Shown here piece after piece: positions 31,187 through 43,660 of a stretch of 64,000 bases of DNA; the first letter of the stretch is position 1, and every line of letters starts with the position of its first letter. The stretch covers positions 576,001 through 640,000 of the forward strand of contig CAWGMA010000002.1 of assembly GCA_963823555.1 (NCBI GenBank), in the 5' to 3' direction. The stretch comes from Candidatus Eiseniibacteriota bacterium. Lineage in GTDB: Bacteria > Eisenbacteria > RBG-16-71-46 > CAVPCR01. The notes under the pieces are model-generated. The model had not been told where the DNA came from, searched no databases, and worked only from the letters and a program-made list of their open reading frames with translations. A program made the position numbers and the translations under genes.

Positions 31187-31827
31187 ATGTCGCCCAAGTT
31201 CCCCGTTCTGCGCACCATCATCGCTGCCGCGGTCGTGGGTTTGCTCGTCGCGGCCGTCGTCGGCGTACTCACCGCCAACGCGCTCGGGCTCGCCCCGAGC
31301 GTGAACGCCATCTTCTCCGGTCCGGCGAGCCCGGCGGCGATGGCGGCGGGGCTCCTCGCCTTCGGCGGGGTGGTGCTCGTCGCCTGGCTCGACTTCGCGG
31401 GGGCGACGGCGCGCACCGCGGTCAAGCCGGGAGAGAAGGTCGTGCGCCGTGATCCGGCGGTCGCCCTCCTCGCCATCCTGCAGCGCGAGGGCCGGCTCGT
31501 CGATTTCCTGCGCGAGGACATCGCGGCCTATCCGGACGCGCAGGTGGGGGCGGCGGTGCGCGCGATCCATGCGAGCTGCCGCAAGGTGCTCGACGAGCAC
31601 ATGGCCCTCGAGCCCGTGCGCCCGGAGGACGAGGGGGCGCGGGTCCTCGTCGAGCGCGACTTCGACGCCTCCGCCATCCGCCTGACCGGCAACGTGAGCG
31701 GCAAGCCGCCGTTCCGCGGTGTCCTCCGCCACCGCGGCTGGCGCACGCGCCGGATCGATCTGCCCGCCGATCCGCTCGGACAGGATCCCTCGATCGTGGC
31801 CCCGGCCGAGGTCGAGATCGGTTCGTG

Positions 31828-31828
<1 letters not shown>
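31187..31828 (+). CDS. DUF2760 domain-containing membrane protein
   Basis: 'LLAILQREGRLVDFLREDI..YPDAQVGAAVR.IH..CRKVL', 'IRLTGNVSGKPPFRGVLRHRGW', 'VAPAEVEI'; TGgCACAAT at 31145 and GGAGG upstream. Confidence 0.88.
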
Positions 31829-33677
<1,849 letters not shown>

Positions 33678-33681
<4 letters not shown>

Positions 33682-36602
33682 CAACCACGATGTCCGGCGA
33701 CGACAGAGAGCGCTCGCGCTATCTGGTGGGGATCGATCTCGGCACCACCAACTCGGCGGTCGCGTACATCGACACCCGCGAGCGAACCGGTGACACGCCT
33801 CGAGTCCACGGCTTCGACGTGCCGCAGCTCGTGGCCGAAGGCGACACCCAGCCGCGATCCACCTTGCCATCCTTCCTCTACCTGCCGGGCGCTCACGAGC
33901 TGCCCGCGGGGGCCACGCGCTTGCCGTGGGATCCGGCACGCGATCACGCGGTCGGCGAGTTCGCGCGCCGGCAGGGGGCGCGCGTGCCGGCGCGTCTCGT
34001 CACCTCGGCCAAGTCGTGGCTCTGCCATGGCGGCGTCGATCGCACCGCCCGCATCCTGCCCTGGGGCGATGCCAGCGATGAGGTGGCGCGACTGTCCCCG
34101 GTCGAGGCCTCGAGCCGCTATCTCGCCCACATGCGCGAGGCGTGGAATCACGCCATCGCGGGCGGCGACGAATCTCTGTTCCTCGAGCGACAGGAGGTCG
34201 CGCTCACGGTCCCCGCTTCGTTCGACGAGGTGGCGCGCGAGCTCACGCTCGAGGCGGCGCGCCAGGCGGGTCTCACCCGGGTGACGATGATCGAGGAGCC
34301 GCAGGCGGCCTTCTATGCCTGGATCGTCGGCCATGAATCGTCGTGGCGGGAGTCATTGCACGCCGGGCAGGTCATCCTGGTCTGCGATGTCGGCGGCGGT
34401 ACCACCGACTTCACCCTGATCGTCGTCGATGAGGGGCAGAAGGGCCTCCGCTTCGAGCGCGTCGCCGTCGGCGAGCACCTGCTTCTCGGCGGGGACAACA
34501 TGGATCTCGCGCTCGCGCGCCGGGTCGAGGAGCGGCTCACCGGGAAGACCGGGAAGCTCGAGCCGCAAGCCTGGGCCGGGCTCGTGCACGCCGCGCGTCT
34601 CGCCAAGGAGGATCTGCTCGCCGAGGAGTCCGGCGCGCCCACGACCGTGCCCATCACCCTCCTCGGCAAGTCGACGAGCGTGGTCGGCGGTTTGCTCCGC
34701 GACGAGCTCGCCCGCGACGAGACCGCGGAGACGATTCTCTCGGGGTTCTTCCCCCTGGTGCCGCCGGATGCCGAGCCGGAGCGACGGAAGGCCGGCTTTT
34801 CCGAATTCGGATTGCCGTACGTCGCCGATGCGGCCGTGACGAAGCATCTCGCCTCGTTCCTGCGCCGGCATCGCGACGCGGCGGCCGAGATCAACCCGAG
34901 GAGCGTCTCGAAGACGGGCCTGGTGCGTCCCGATGCCATCCTCTTCAACGGGGCGGCGCTCACACCCGAGCCCCTGCGTCATCGCGTGCGCGATGCCATC
35001 GCCCAGTGGTTCAAGGGCGAGGATCCCGCGTACGAGCCGGTGCTGCTCACGAGCCCGAGCCTCGCCCTGGCCGTGGCGCGGGGTGCCGCCTACTACGGGC
35101 ACGTGCGCCGCGGCAAGGGTGTGCGCATCCATGGCGGGAGCGCGCGCGGGTACTACGTCGGCATCGATCTCCAGGCGGCGCCGCCGGAGGCGGCCCAGGC
35201 GGTGGCGGGGCTCGCGGATCCGGTCGCCGTCGTGTCGGTGGTCCGGCGCGGCACCGAGGAGGGCACCACGGTCGAGCTCGATCGTCCCTTCGAGGCGCAC
35301 GTCAACCGACCGGTGGCCTTCAACCTCTACTCCTCGAGCGTGCGCACCGATCCGACCGGTGATCTCGTCGTCGTCGAGCGCGACGCGGTGGTGCCGCTGC
35401 CGCCGATTCGCACCCTCCTCCGCTTTGGCAAGAAGACGGGAGAGCGGCGGCTGCCGGTCAGGATCGGCGCCCGGCTCACCGAGCTCGGGACGCTCGACAT
35501 CTACTGCTTTTCCAAGGAGACCGAGCACCGCTGGCGCCTCGAGTTCCAGCTCCGCGACGCGATGGCGGCCGCCGCCGAGGGCGAGGCGGCTCCCGGCGGC
35601 ATCGAGGATCGCGGCGTGACGATCGACGAGTCGATCGTCGAGGGGCTGGATGCCGTGATACGCGCCTGCTTCGATCCGACATGGGAGGGCGAGCCGATCC
35701 CGCCGGCGCGCGTCATGCGCGAGCTCCGCACCGTTCTCGATCTCGAGAAGGAGGAGTGGCCGCTTCCCGTCCTGCGCAAGCTCGGCGAGCTACTCTTGAA
35801 GGTGCGCGAGTCCCGGCGGAAGAGTGCGGCGCACGACGCGCGCTGGACCAACCTCGCCGGCTACGCCCTCCGCCCGGGCTTCGGCTATCCGATGGACGAC
35901 TGGCGGTTGAAGGAGCTGTGGAAGATCTGGCACGCGGGCATCCTGCATCCCGGCGACGAGCAATGTCGCACCGAGTGGTGGATCCTGTGGCGGCGTGTGG
36001 CGGGCGGTCTTTCGCAGGGGCAGCAGGAGCAGATCCATGCCCAGCTCGCGCCCTCGTTGGTTGCCGGCCCGGCCAAGCGCTCGAAGGAAGGGAAGCGCCT
36101 CGGCAAGCAGGAACAGGTCGAGATGTGGCGGTGCGCGGTGAGCCTCGAGGAGCTCGATCGCGCGCGCAAGGTGGATTACGGTCAGGCGCTCGCCGATCGC
36201 GTCGAGCGCGGAGCGACCGCGGCGGATCTGTGGGCGCTCGGCCGGGTCGGGGCGCGCGTGCCGTTCCACGGCCCCGCCAATCAGGTGGTGAACCGGCGCG
36301 CGGTCGAGGGCTGGATCCGGCGCCTGGTAGTCGGGGAGTGGCGCCTGCCGGAGGCGACGGCGGTGGCGCTCGCGCACATGGCGCGGCGCACGGGCGACCG
36401 GGAGCGCGACATCGACGAGGGCTTGCGCGCCGAGGCGGCCGAGAAGATCGCGCGAGCGGCAGCAGGGGCGGAGGGGAAGACGAAGCACGCGTTCGAGCGG
36501 GCGCGTGTGCTCGTTCTCGAGGGCGGCGAGCTCGAGCGCGAGGAGGCGAGCGAGGCCTTCGGCGAGGCGCTGCCGGCGGGGCTGGTGCTGGTGGGGGAGT
36601 GA
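33678..36602 (+). CDS. Hsp70-family protein with C-terminal DUF3731-like domain
   Basis: Same Hsp70 motifs; C-terminal 'RRKSAAHDARWTNLAGYALRPGFGYPMDDWR', 'EWWILWRRVAGGL', 'WALGRVGARVPFHGP', 'RRTGDRERDI', 'FGEALPAGL'; ATGA overlap with the previous gene. Confidence 0.9.
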
Positions 36603-36849
36603 TGGCGAGTCCAGTGCTTCGCCTTTGCGTAAATGTTGCGAGCTCGGCTTTGCGAACCCAGTTTCGCGAAGTGTGATTGGCGAAGTGGTTATGCAGCGAG
36701 TTGATGGGCGGCGATCCGTGTGTGTGCCGGCCGCAGAAATATGCTCGTGGATGCAGAAAGTGCTTGCTCGGCGATGGCGACATCGTTAGTCTGATTGCGA
36801 GTTTCCCTCCCCGCGACAATTCAGCAAGACCCCCGGAAGGAGCATCGCC

Positions 36850-38306
36850 ATGTCGACCTCCGTTCCCGTGGTTGTGCCCGATCGTGTCGCGCCCACGCTT
36901 CCTCCCACCAATCTGACAGCCGAGACCCTGCACACGGAGTTCCTCCGCCAGGCCCGGGTCGCGAGCTGCAACACGTGGCGGCTCCTGGTCCTCATCCGGG
37001 AGATGGATGCCTGCGAGGGCTACGAGCACTTCGGGTGCACCACCCTCGCTCATTACCTCGAGCTCGTCTGCGGCATCACCGGGGTCGCGGCCCGGGAGCG
37101 GATCCGGGTCGCGTTCGCGCTCGAGTCGTTGCCGGCGCTCGAGGCGGCGCATTGCGGTGCGGCGAGCTCTCGTACTCCAAGGTGAGGGCGGTGACGCGGG
37201 TGGCGACGGCGGAGACGGAGGGGGAGTGGCTCCGTGCGGCGCGGGAGCGGACGGCGGAGGAGCTCGAGGTGATGGCGGCGCGGGCGACGCGGGGGGAGCC
37301 GACGAGGAGGCGGCTCCTCACGAAGGCGGTCAACGCGCACACGACGCGGATGGTGGTGGATCTCCCGGCGGAGGAGATGATGGTGGTGATGCGGGCGCTG
37401 GAGCGGATCCGGCGTGAGGCTGGCGGGAGCCTCTCGGGGTCGGAGGCGCTCGTCTACCTGGCGGCGGACTCGCTCTCGGGGGAGGTGGGGGAGGTCCGGA
37501 CGGCGGAGCGCTACGAGGTGGTGGTGCACGTGGGCGAGGATGGCGGGAGCTGGGTCGAGACCGACGACGCGGCGGGGGAAGCGCCGTTACCGCGGGAGGT
37601 CGTCGAGCGGCTCCTCTGCGACTGTGCGCTCCGGGTGGTCAGGGAGGGGAAGGAGGGGCTCGCGGCGAGCCGTCGCACGCGCACGGTGCCCGAGGTGACA
37701 CGGCGCGCGGTGGCGCTCCGCGATGGGCACCGCTGCCGGGTCCCGGGCTGCCGGCGGCGGCTGTGGCTCGACCTCCATCATCTCGTGCCGGTGTGGGAGG
37801 GCGGGCGGCATGTGCGCTCGAATCTCGTCTACCTCTGCCGGTTCCACCATCAGCTGGTGCACGCGGGGCTCTTGCGCTGCGAGCGGGTGGAGGGGGAACT
37901 CCGGTTCGTGGCGGTGCGGGGTGAGCGATGGGTCATGGGAGAAGCCGGGGCGATGGGAGACGAGGAGTTCTGGGAGTGGCTCCGGGAGGCGGAGGCGGGG
38001 GCTGAGGATGCGGAGTCGGAGCCGATGGAGAAGATGGAGACGATGGAAGCCGTGGTGACCGCAGGCGGGGACCCGGAGGAGCTGCGCTCGACTTACTACC
38101 GCTCGCGGCACCGGCGGCCGTGGCAGGCGCACGAGCGGCGGGCGGCCTACCGTGTTTCCGCGGAAACATCGGCCGGCCGCGTTCCAGCGGAAACACCTCC
38201 AGTATATGTTTCCGCGGAAACATCCCGCCGAGTTCCGGTGACACCCCCGGCCATGTTCCAGCGGAAACAGCTCGCAGAACTCTCTCAAGGGCGGAGTTCT
38301 CGCTGA
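36850..38306 (+). CDS. DUF222 / HNH endonuclease (REP13E12-like), frameshift ~37150
   Basis: AAGGAG RBS; 'LAHYLELVCGI....ARERIRVAFALESLP', 'GELSYSKVRAVTRVAT', 'ERLLCDC', 'RRAVALRDGHRCRVPGC...DLHHLVPVWEGG.....NLVYLCRFHHQLVH'. Confidence 0.88.
38153..38269. repeat. Palindrome cluster in the 3' tail of the HNH gene
   Basis: TGTTTCCGCGGAAACA (38153), CGTTCCAGCGGAAACA (38180), TGTTTCCGCGGAAACA (38207), TGTTCCAGCGGAAACA (38254); the first three are exactly 27 bp apart and encode VSAET/VPAET. Confidence 0.9.
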
Positions 38307-38527
38307 ACCAGTGGATCAGCCTGTCTCCGCTGGCACGACGTTTGCGATATGCGCGCCAGGGTTCCTCCTTGCTGGCTGTCCAGCGCCACAGCTGAACACA
38401 CCAGGACATTGTTGCGATTATTGCCCTGGCACAACGTCGATGGATGAGTTGAGAGGTCGCCACAGCAAGTGGTAGCATCCTCCGGTTCCCACCCGCGCCG
38501 ACATCTGCAACCCAGAGGAGGCACCTC

Positions 38528-39964
38528 ATGAAGTGCCTGGCAGCTCTTGTCGTCGTGTGCCTTGCGTGCCTCCTGCCCACTATCACCTTCGCTGACCTGA
38601 CACCTCTCGAGCAGCTGGGCAAGGAGCTCTTCTTCGACACCAACCTCTCCACGCCGCCGGGCCAGTCCTGCGCCGCCTGCCATGCTCCGGAGTGGGGATT
38701 CACGGGCCCTGATACGGCGCTCAATGAGGCCGGTGCGGTCTATCCGGGAGCGGTTCACACCCGGTTCGGAAATCGCAAGCCCCCGACCTCGGCCTACGGT
38801 GGCGAGAGCCCCGTTCTCTACTACGACGATGTCGAGGAGGTGTGGATCGGGGGCATGTTCTGGGACGGCCGGGCGACCGGCTGGACCCTGGGCGATCCAC
38901 TGGCCGAGCAGGCTCAGGGTCCGTTCCTGAATCCCCTCGAGCAGAACAACCCCAGTCCGAAGCTGGTCTGCATCAAGGTCAGCCAGTCGGACTACGCCGA
39001 CCTCTTCGAGCAGGTGTGGGGGCCGGGATCCCTCGATTTCGTGCATGACGTCGCGGGCACGTACGAGCGCATCGCCCGCTCGATCTCGGCCTACGAGCAG
39101 TCGCCGGAGGTGAACCCCTTCTCCTCCAAGTTCGACATCGCGCCCGACCTCTTCACTCCGGAAGAGGAGTGGGGGCTCGAGCTCTTCAACGACCCGGCGA
39201 AGGGGAACTGCGCCGCATGCCATCCCAGCGACGGGACAGGCGCCCTCTTCACCGATTTCACGTATGACAATCTCGGTGTTCCAAAGAACCCCGAGAATCC
39301 CTTCTACTCGATGCCGCCCAAGTGGAACCCGAGCGGCTACGACTGGATCGACCCCGGTCTCGGCGGCTTCCTGGCTCGTGCCGGCTACGAGGGGCAGGCA
39401 GCGGAGAACATGGGGAAGCACAAGGTCCCGACCCTGCGCAACGTGGGACAGAAGCCGGGGAGCGATCTGGTGAAGGCCTATGGCCACAACGGCTACTTCA
39501 AGACCCTGAAGGAGATCGTCCACTTCTACAACACGCGCGACGTGGAGCCGTGGCCGGCGCCCGAGGTGCCGGAGAACGTCAACCGGGATGAGCTCGGCAA
39601 TCTCGGTCTGACCGACGAGGAAGAGGATGCGATCGTCGCCTTCCTCGAGACGTTGACCGATGGTTACGAGCGGCCTGTGCCGTACGCGCCTGGCGGAGCG
39701 CGCTCACCGGCGCTCGCCCTCGACATGCGCGCCTACCCCAACCCCCTGCGCGGGGACGGCGTGATCGAGTGGTTGAGCGAGAATCCTGCGACCTCGTTGC
39801 GGCTCTACAACGCGGCCGGCCGCCTCGTCGTCGAGCGGAGCGTCGAGGGCAACCGCATCTCGTGGCAGAGCTTCGCTGGACAGCGGAACCTGCCGTCCGG
39901 TGTCTACTTCCTCAAGATGGATGGGGTCGAGCATGCCCCCTTGCGCATCATCCTGAACCACTAG
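38528..39964 (+). CDS. Di-heme cytochrome c peroxidase (bCCP/MauG family) with C-terminal T9SS-like domain
   Basis: Signal peptide; two CAACH motifs; 'LGKELFFD.NLS', 'MFWDGRA', 'AEQAQGPFLNPLE', 'KVPTLRNV', 'YGHNGYF'; tail 'AYPNP...LYNAAGRLV...LPSGVYFL'; TGgTAGCAT at 38470. Confidence 0.9.
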   Translation: MKCLAALVVVCLACLLPTITFADLTPLEQLGKELFFDTNLSTPPGQSCAACHAPEWGFTGPDTALNEAGAVYPGAVHTRFGNRKPPTSAYGGESPVLYYDDVEEVWIGGMFWDGRATGWTLGDPLAEQAQGPFLNPLEQNNPSPKLVCIKVSQSDYADLFEQVWGPGSLDFVHDVAGTYERIARSISAYEQSPEVNPFSSKFDIAPDLFTPEEEWGLELFNDPAKGNCAACHPSDGTGALFTDFTYDNLGVPKNPENPFYSMPPKWNPSGYDWIDPGLGGFLARAGYEGQAAENMGKHKVPTLRNVGQKPGSDLVKAYGHNGYFKTLKEIVHFYNTRDVEPWPAPEVPENVNRDELGNLGLTDEEEDAIVAFLETLTDGYERPVPYAPGGARSPALALDMRAYPNPLRGDGVIEWLSENPATSLRLYNAAGRLVVERSVEGNRISWQSFAGQRNLPSGVYFLKMDGVEHAPLRIILNH

Positions 39965-39977
39965 TCGGGTCGATCGA

Positions 39978-40010
39978 GCGGAGCCCTGGGCCTTTCCGCC
40001 AGGGCTCCGC
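39978..40010 (+). terminator. Hairpin after the peroxidase gene
   Basis: GCGGAGCCCTGG...CCAGGGCTCCGC, 12-bp stem. Confidence 0.55.
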
Positions 40011-40040
40011 GTCCACCTCACGCGTGCAGGAATCTCCGTC

Positions 40041-40925
40041 ATGATCAAGCAACCGGCGCGCTGGCCCCTCCTGCTTGTCGCCCTGCTGCTTGGCGCCGCC
40101 ACCGCGAGCGCGGCGGCGGCTCAGGTATGGAACGAGGCCGGCGACGCCGGCGATCTCCCCGCGACCGCCCAGGTCCCACTGGGTTCAGGAGCGCTCACCG
40201 CGATCATCGGAACGCTCTCGGCCGGTGGCGACGCCGACCTCTATCTCATACGGATCGATGATCCGGCCACCTTCGAGGCCTCGACCTGCAGCAGCGATCC
40301 CGACACCCAGCTCTGGCTCTTTGCGCGGGATGGGAATGGCATCACGTTCGATGATGACGATCCGGATTGCGGCGTGCTCTCGACGATCACGCCCGCGAAC
40401 GTGACCGTCGCTGGCAGCTACTACCTCGGCGTGAGCGCCTATGACTGGGACGCGCTCGATGCCCAGGGCCGCGAGATCTGGCTCGACGCGCCCTACGATG
40501 AGGAGCGGGCCCCCGACGGTCCAGGTGCACCCGGTCCGCTCGCAGCATGGGGAGGTGTCGCCTACGAGGAGGGGAGCTACGAGATCAGCCTCGCCGGCGT
40601 CTCGTGGCCGCAGATCGGGATCAGCGAGGTCCCGGCGCCGGCGGCCGTGTTCGTTCTCCACGGGAACACGCCCAATCCGTTCAATCCGGCGACGACGATC
40701 TCCTATGAGGTCCCGGTGTCGGCGGCGGTCGACCTGCGTGTTTACGACGCGACGGGGCGGCTCGTGCGCGTGCTGGCCGCGGGCTTCCAGACCGGACCCG
40801 CGGCGTATCGCGTCATCTGGGACGGCCGCGACGGCGCCGGCCGCCGGGCGGCATCGGGGACGTACTTCTATCGTCTCGAGGCGGGGTCATTCTCCGCCGC
40901 GCGGGCCATGGTGCTGATCCGGTGA
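40041..40925 (+). CDS. Secreted DVUA0089/PPC-like protein with FlgD-Ig C-terminus
   Basis: Signal peptide; 'EAGDAGDLP.TAQ', 'DADLYLI', 'DTQLWLF...GNGI..DDDD'; 'NTPNPFNPATTISY'. Confidence 0.8.
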   Translation: MIKQPARWPLLLVALLLGAATASAAAAQVWNEAGDAGDLPATAQVPLGSGALTAIIGTLSAGGDADLYLIRIDDPATFEASTCSSDPDTQLWLFARDGNGITFDDDDPDCGVLSTITPANVTVAGSYYLGVSAYDWDALDAQGREIWLDAPYDEERAPDGPGAPGPLAAWGGVAYEEGSYEISLAGVSWPQIGISEVPAPAAVFVLHGNTPNPFNPATTISYEVPVSAAVDLRVYDATGRLVRVLAAGFQTGPAAYRVIWDGRDGAGRRAASGTYFYRLEAGSFSAARAMVLIR

Positions 40926-40949
40926 AGCCTCCGTGGTAAGCTCCTCCCG

Positions 40950-42941
40950 ATGCCCCGGACCACCGCTCCATCTCCGCCCCGGCGCCGTCGCCAGGCCAAG
41001 CCCCCGGATGCCGTCACCGGTCGCGTGCGCGCGCATGATCCCTTCGAGCTCATACGCTGGCTGGCCCTGAGCCAGCCTGATCCGCGAAAGGCGCTCGCCG
41101 AGCTGGTGCAGAACAGCCTCGACGCGAACGCGCATCGCATCCGTGTGACGCGGCTCCGCGAGAAGGGTTGCACCTGCCTCCGCATCTTCGATGACGGCAC
41201 GGGCGTGATCCCGGAGATGGATCGGACCGAGGCGCTCCGCTACATCGCGACTCACATCGGCCACAGCAGGAAGCGCGACCTCTCCCCGGAACAGCGCCTC
41301 CAGCTCATGACCCAGGGGCAGTATGGCATCGGTCTCCTCGGGTTCTGGAGTCTGGGGCAGACGCTCGAGATGCGGACGAGCGTTCCGGGGCAGCGCGCGC
41401 ATCGCCTCGTTCTCCACCGCGACCGCGCCGACTACCTGATCGAGCCCTTGCGCGGCCGGTTGCCACTCGATGAGCTGTGGACCGAGATCGTGATCGTGGA
41501 CCTGCACCGCGGCGCGCTTGGAGCTCTGTCAGGCCGGCGAGCCGCCGACTACCTGGCAGCGGAGCTCCGCGGGCAACTCCTCGCCCGCGCGGTCGAGCTC
41601 CTCGTCGAGGACCGCCTGTCTCGTGGCAGAGCCCAGCGGCTCGTGCCGGTCAAGCCACCGCGGTTTCTTGGCGAGCAGCTCGAGGGGATCGGCCCGGTGG
41701 ATGTACCGGGTCACCCGCCCGTGCGCTTCGAGATCTATCTGAGCGGCGAGGAAGCCGCTGCCGGTGCCGACGAACCGCGCGGACTCGCGGTCTATGCCGC
41801 GGGAACGCTCGTTGCCGAGAGCTTCCACGCGCTTGCCTCGCTCGGGCTCGACCGGCCACCGTGGAATGACACGCGACTCTCGGGCATGGTCGACTTTCCC
41901 GGCTTCCAGGTCGCGCCGGGAAGCCGGCGCGGGATCGTTATCGATGACGCCGCGGAGAACTTCTCCCGCGCTCTGCGCGTCGTCGAGCCGGTGCTCACGG
42001 AACTCCTCGCCGACATCGAGCGACGGCGCGCCGACGAGTTCGATCGCTCGCTCATCCGCGACCTGCAACGCGCCTTCCGTGATTTCTATCGCCAGCGCCC
42101 GCGCTTCGCGTTGTTGCCCGTCGATGGTGGACGCGATCGCGGCGCGGGTCCAGGTGGGAAGGAGACCACCGGGGGCGAGGGCGGTGACGGTCGCGGCGAT
42201 GATCGTGGTCCGTCGCCGGGTGCCGACTCTCAAGAGCCATCCCAGGCGTCGGGCTCCCCCGAGCGGGAAGAGGATGTGTCGATCCCGCTCTCGACCGAGA
42301 CCGCGCATCTCTTTCCGCCCGGTCCGCTCATCGCGGTGCGTATCGTCCCCGCGATCGTCCGCGTCGAGTGCGGCGGCGAGCGCCGCGTGCGCGCGATCGC
42401 CCTCGATGCCACCGAGCGCGTGATCGTGGACGCAGTCGAGTTCCGATGGTCGGTCGACGGCCCGATCGGATTCCTGGTCCATGCCGAGGGTGATATCACC
42501 GGCGCCAGCATGCGCTTCCGCGCCGCGAGCGAGGCGGCGGAGGGCGCGCTCACGGCTGTCGCGAGCGCGGGTGGGCGGGAGGCGCACGCCGAGGCCCCGG
42601 TCGAGGTGCTGTTCGAGCTCCCGGGATCCGGTCGGACCGATGAGGGCATCCCGGAGCCGGAATTCGTGCATCAGCCCGGCGCGGGATGGCGATCGCGAAT
42701 GCAGGGCGGCCAATGGCAGGTCAACTCGGGTCATCGCGAGTACCGCGCCATCGCCGAGCAGCCAGCGCTCAAGCTGCGCTACCTGGCCATGCTCTTCGCG
42801 AAGGAAGTCGTGCTCCGTAGCCACCAGGATCCCCGACTGGAGAAGCCGCTCGAACAGCTCATCGAGGTTGCGGCCTATGCCGATCGCAATCTCGCCGGGA
42901 AGCGCGGTGCGCGGCGGCGAGGCAAGATCGAGGAGGGATGA
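40950..42941 (+). CDS. GHKL (HATPase_c / MORC-like) ATP-binding protein with C-terminal Ig-like and unknown domains
   Basis: N box 'ALAELVQNSLDANA', G1 'IFDDGTGV', G2 'GQYGIGLLG', 'TEIVI'. Confidence 0.8.
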   Translation: MPRTTAPSPPRRRRQAKPPDAVTGRVRAHDPFELIRWLALSQPDPRKALAELVQNSLDANAHRIRVTRLREKGCTCLRIFDDGTGVIPEMDRTEALRYIATHIGHSRKRDLSPEQRLQLMTQGQYGIGLLGFWSLGQTLEMRTSVPGQRAHRLVLHRDRADYLIEPLRGRLPLDELWTEIVIVDLHRGALGALSGRRAADYLAAELRGQLLARAVELLVEDRLSRGRAQRLVPVKPPRFLGEQLEGIGPVDVPGHPPVRFEIYLSGEEAAAGADEPRGLAVYAAGTLVAESFHALASLGLDRPPWNDTRLSGMVDFPGFQVAPGSRRGIVIDDAAENFSRALRVVEPVLTELLADIERRRADEFDRSLIRDLQRAFRDFYRQRPRFALLPVDGGRDRGAGPGGKETTGGEGGDGRGDDRGPSPGADSQEPSQASGSPEREEDVSIPLSTETAHLFPPGPLIAVRIVPAIVRVECGGERRVRAIALDATERVIVDAVEFRWSVDGPIGFLVHAEGDITGASMRFRAASEAAEGALTAVASAGGREAHAEAPVEVLFELPGSGRTDEGIPEPEFVHQPGAGWRSRMQGGQWQVNSGHREYRAIAEQPALKLRYLAMLFAKEVVLRSHQDPRLEKPLEQLIEVAAYADRNLAGKRGARRRGKIEEG

Positions 42942-43636
42942 GTGCTCCGGTCTTGGGAGCCGAGCGCGCGGCCAGGGTGCTGCTACCATGGGTGGTCGTC
43001 TCGCTGCTTGGAGGTATCGCGATGCCCCAGACCAGGACGGACCCCGTTTCCCTGCCGGCGCCCGATCGCACCGGGCGCATGAGCCTCGACTCGGCGCTCG
43101 CGGCGCGCCGCTCGGTGCGCGAGTTCAAGCCGACTCCGCTCACGCTCGCCGAGGCGGGCCAGCTCCTGTGGGCCGCCCAGGGTGTGACCTCGCCCGATGG
43201 CGGGCGCACGGCGCCCTCGGCGGGCGCGCTCTATCCGCTCGAGATTCATCTCGTCGCGGGAAACGTCGAAGGTCTGGCTCCCGGCGTCTACCGCTACGAT
43301 CCGAAGCGGCACCAGCTCATCCCGGTCGCCGATGGCGACCGGCGCCGGAAGCTGGCTGACGCCGCGCTCGACCAGGACTGGATGGTGGAGGCGCCGGCCT
43401 TGATCGCCATCAACGCCATCTACTCGCGCACCTCGCGCAAGTACGGTGAGCGGGCGGAGCGCTACGTGCACATGGAGGTGGGGCACGTCGTCGAGAACAT
43501 CTACCTCGAGGCCACCGCGCTCGGGCTCGGCACCTGCATGGTCGGAGCCTTCGATGACGATGCGGTGCGGAAGGTCCTCGACGTTCCCGACAGCGAGGCG
43601 CCGCTCGGCTTGATGCCGGTCGGGCGCCCGCGCTAG
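42938..43636 (+). CDS. SagB/ThcOx-type nitroreductase family protein
   Basis: 'RRSVREF', 'QLLWAAQG', 'RTAPSAGALYPLE', 'EVGHVVENIYL.ATALGLGTCMVGAF'. Confidence 0.9.
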   Translation: MSAPVLGAERAARVLLPWVVVSLLGGIAMPQTRTDPVSLPAPDRTGRMSLDSALAARRSVREFKPTPLTLAEAGQLLWAAQGVTSPDGGRTAPSAGALYPLEIHLVAGNVEGLAPGVYRYDPKRHQLIPVADGDRRRKLADAALDQDWMVEAPALIAINAIYSRTSRKYGERAERYVHMEVGHVVENIYLEATALGLGTCMVGAFDDDAVRKVLDVPDSEAPLGLMPVGRPR

Positions 43637-43660
43637 CTCGCCGCACTCGCTGGCCGCCCG

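Noticed and set aside
42938..43636. Azole RiPP biosynthetic cluster around the SagB-like gene
   Set aside because: No YcaO cyclodehydratase or precursor peptide nearby; stand-alone members are common
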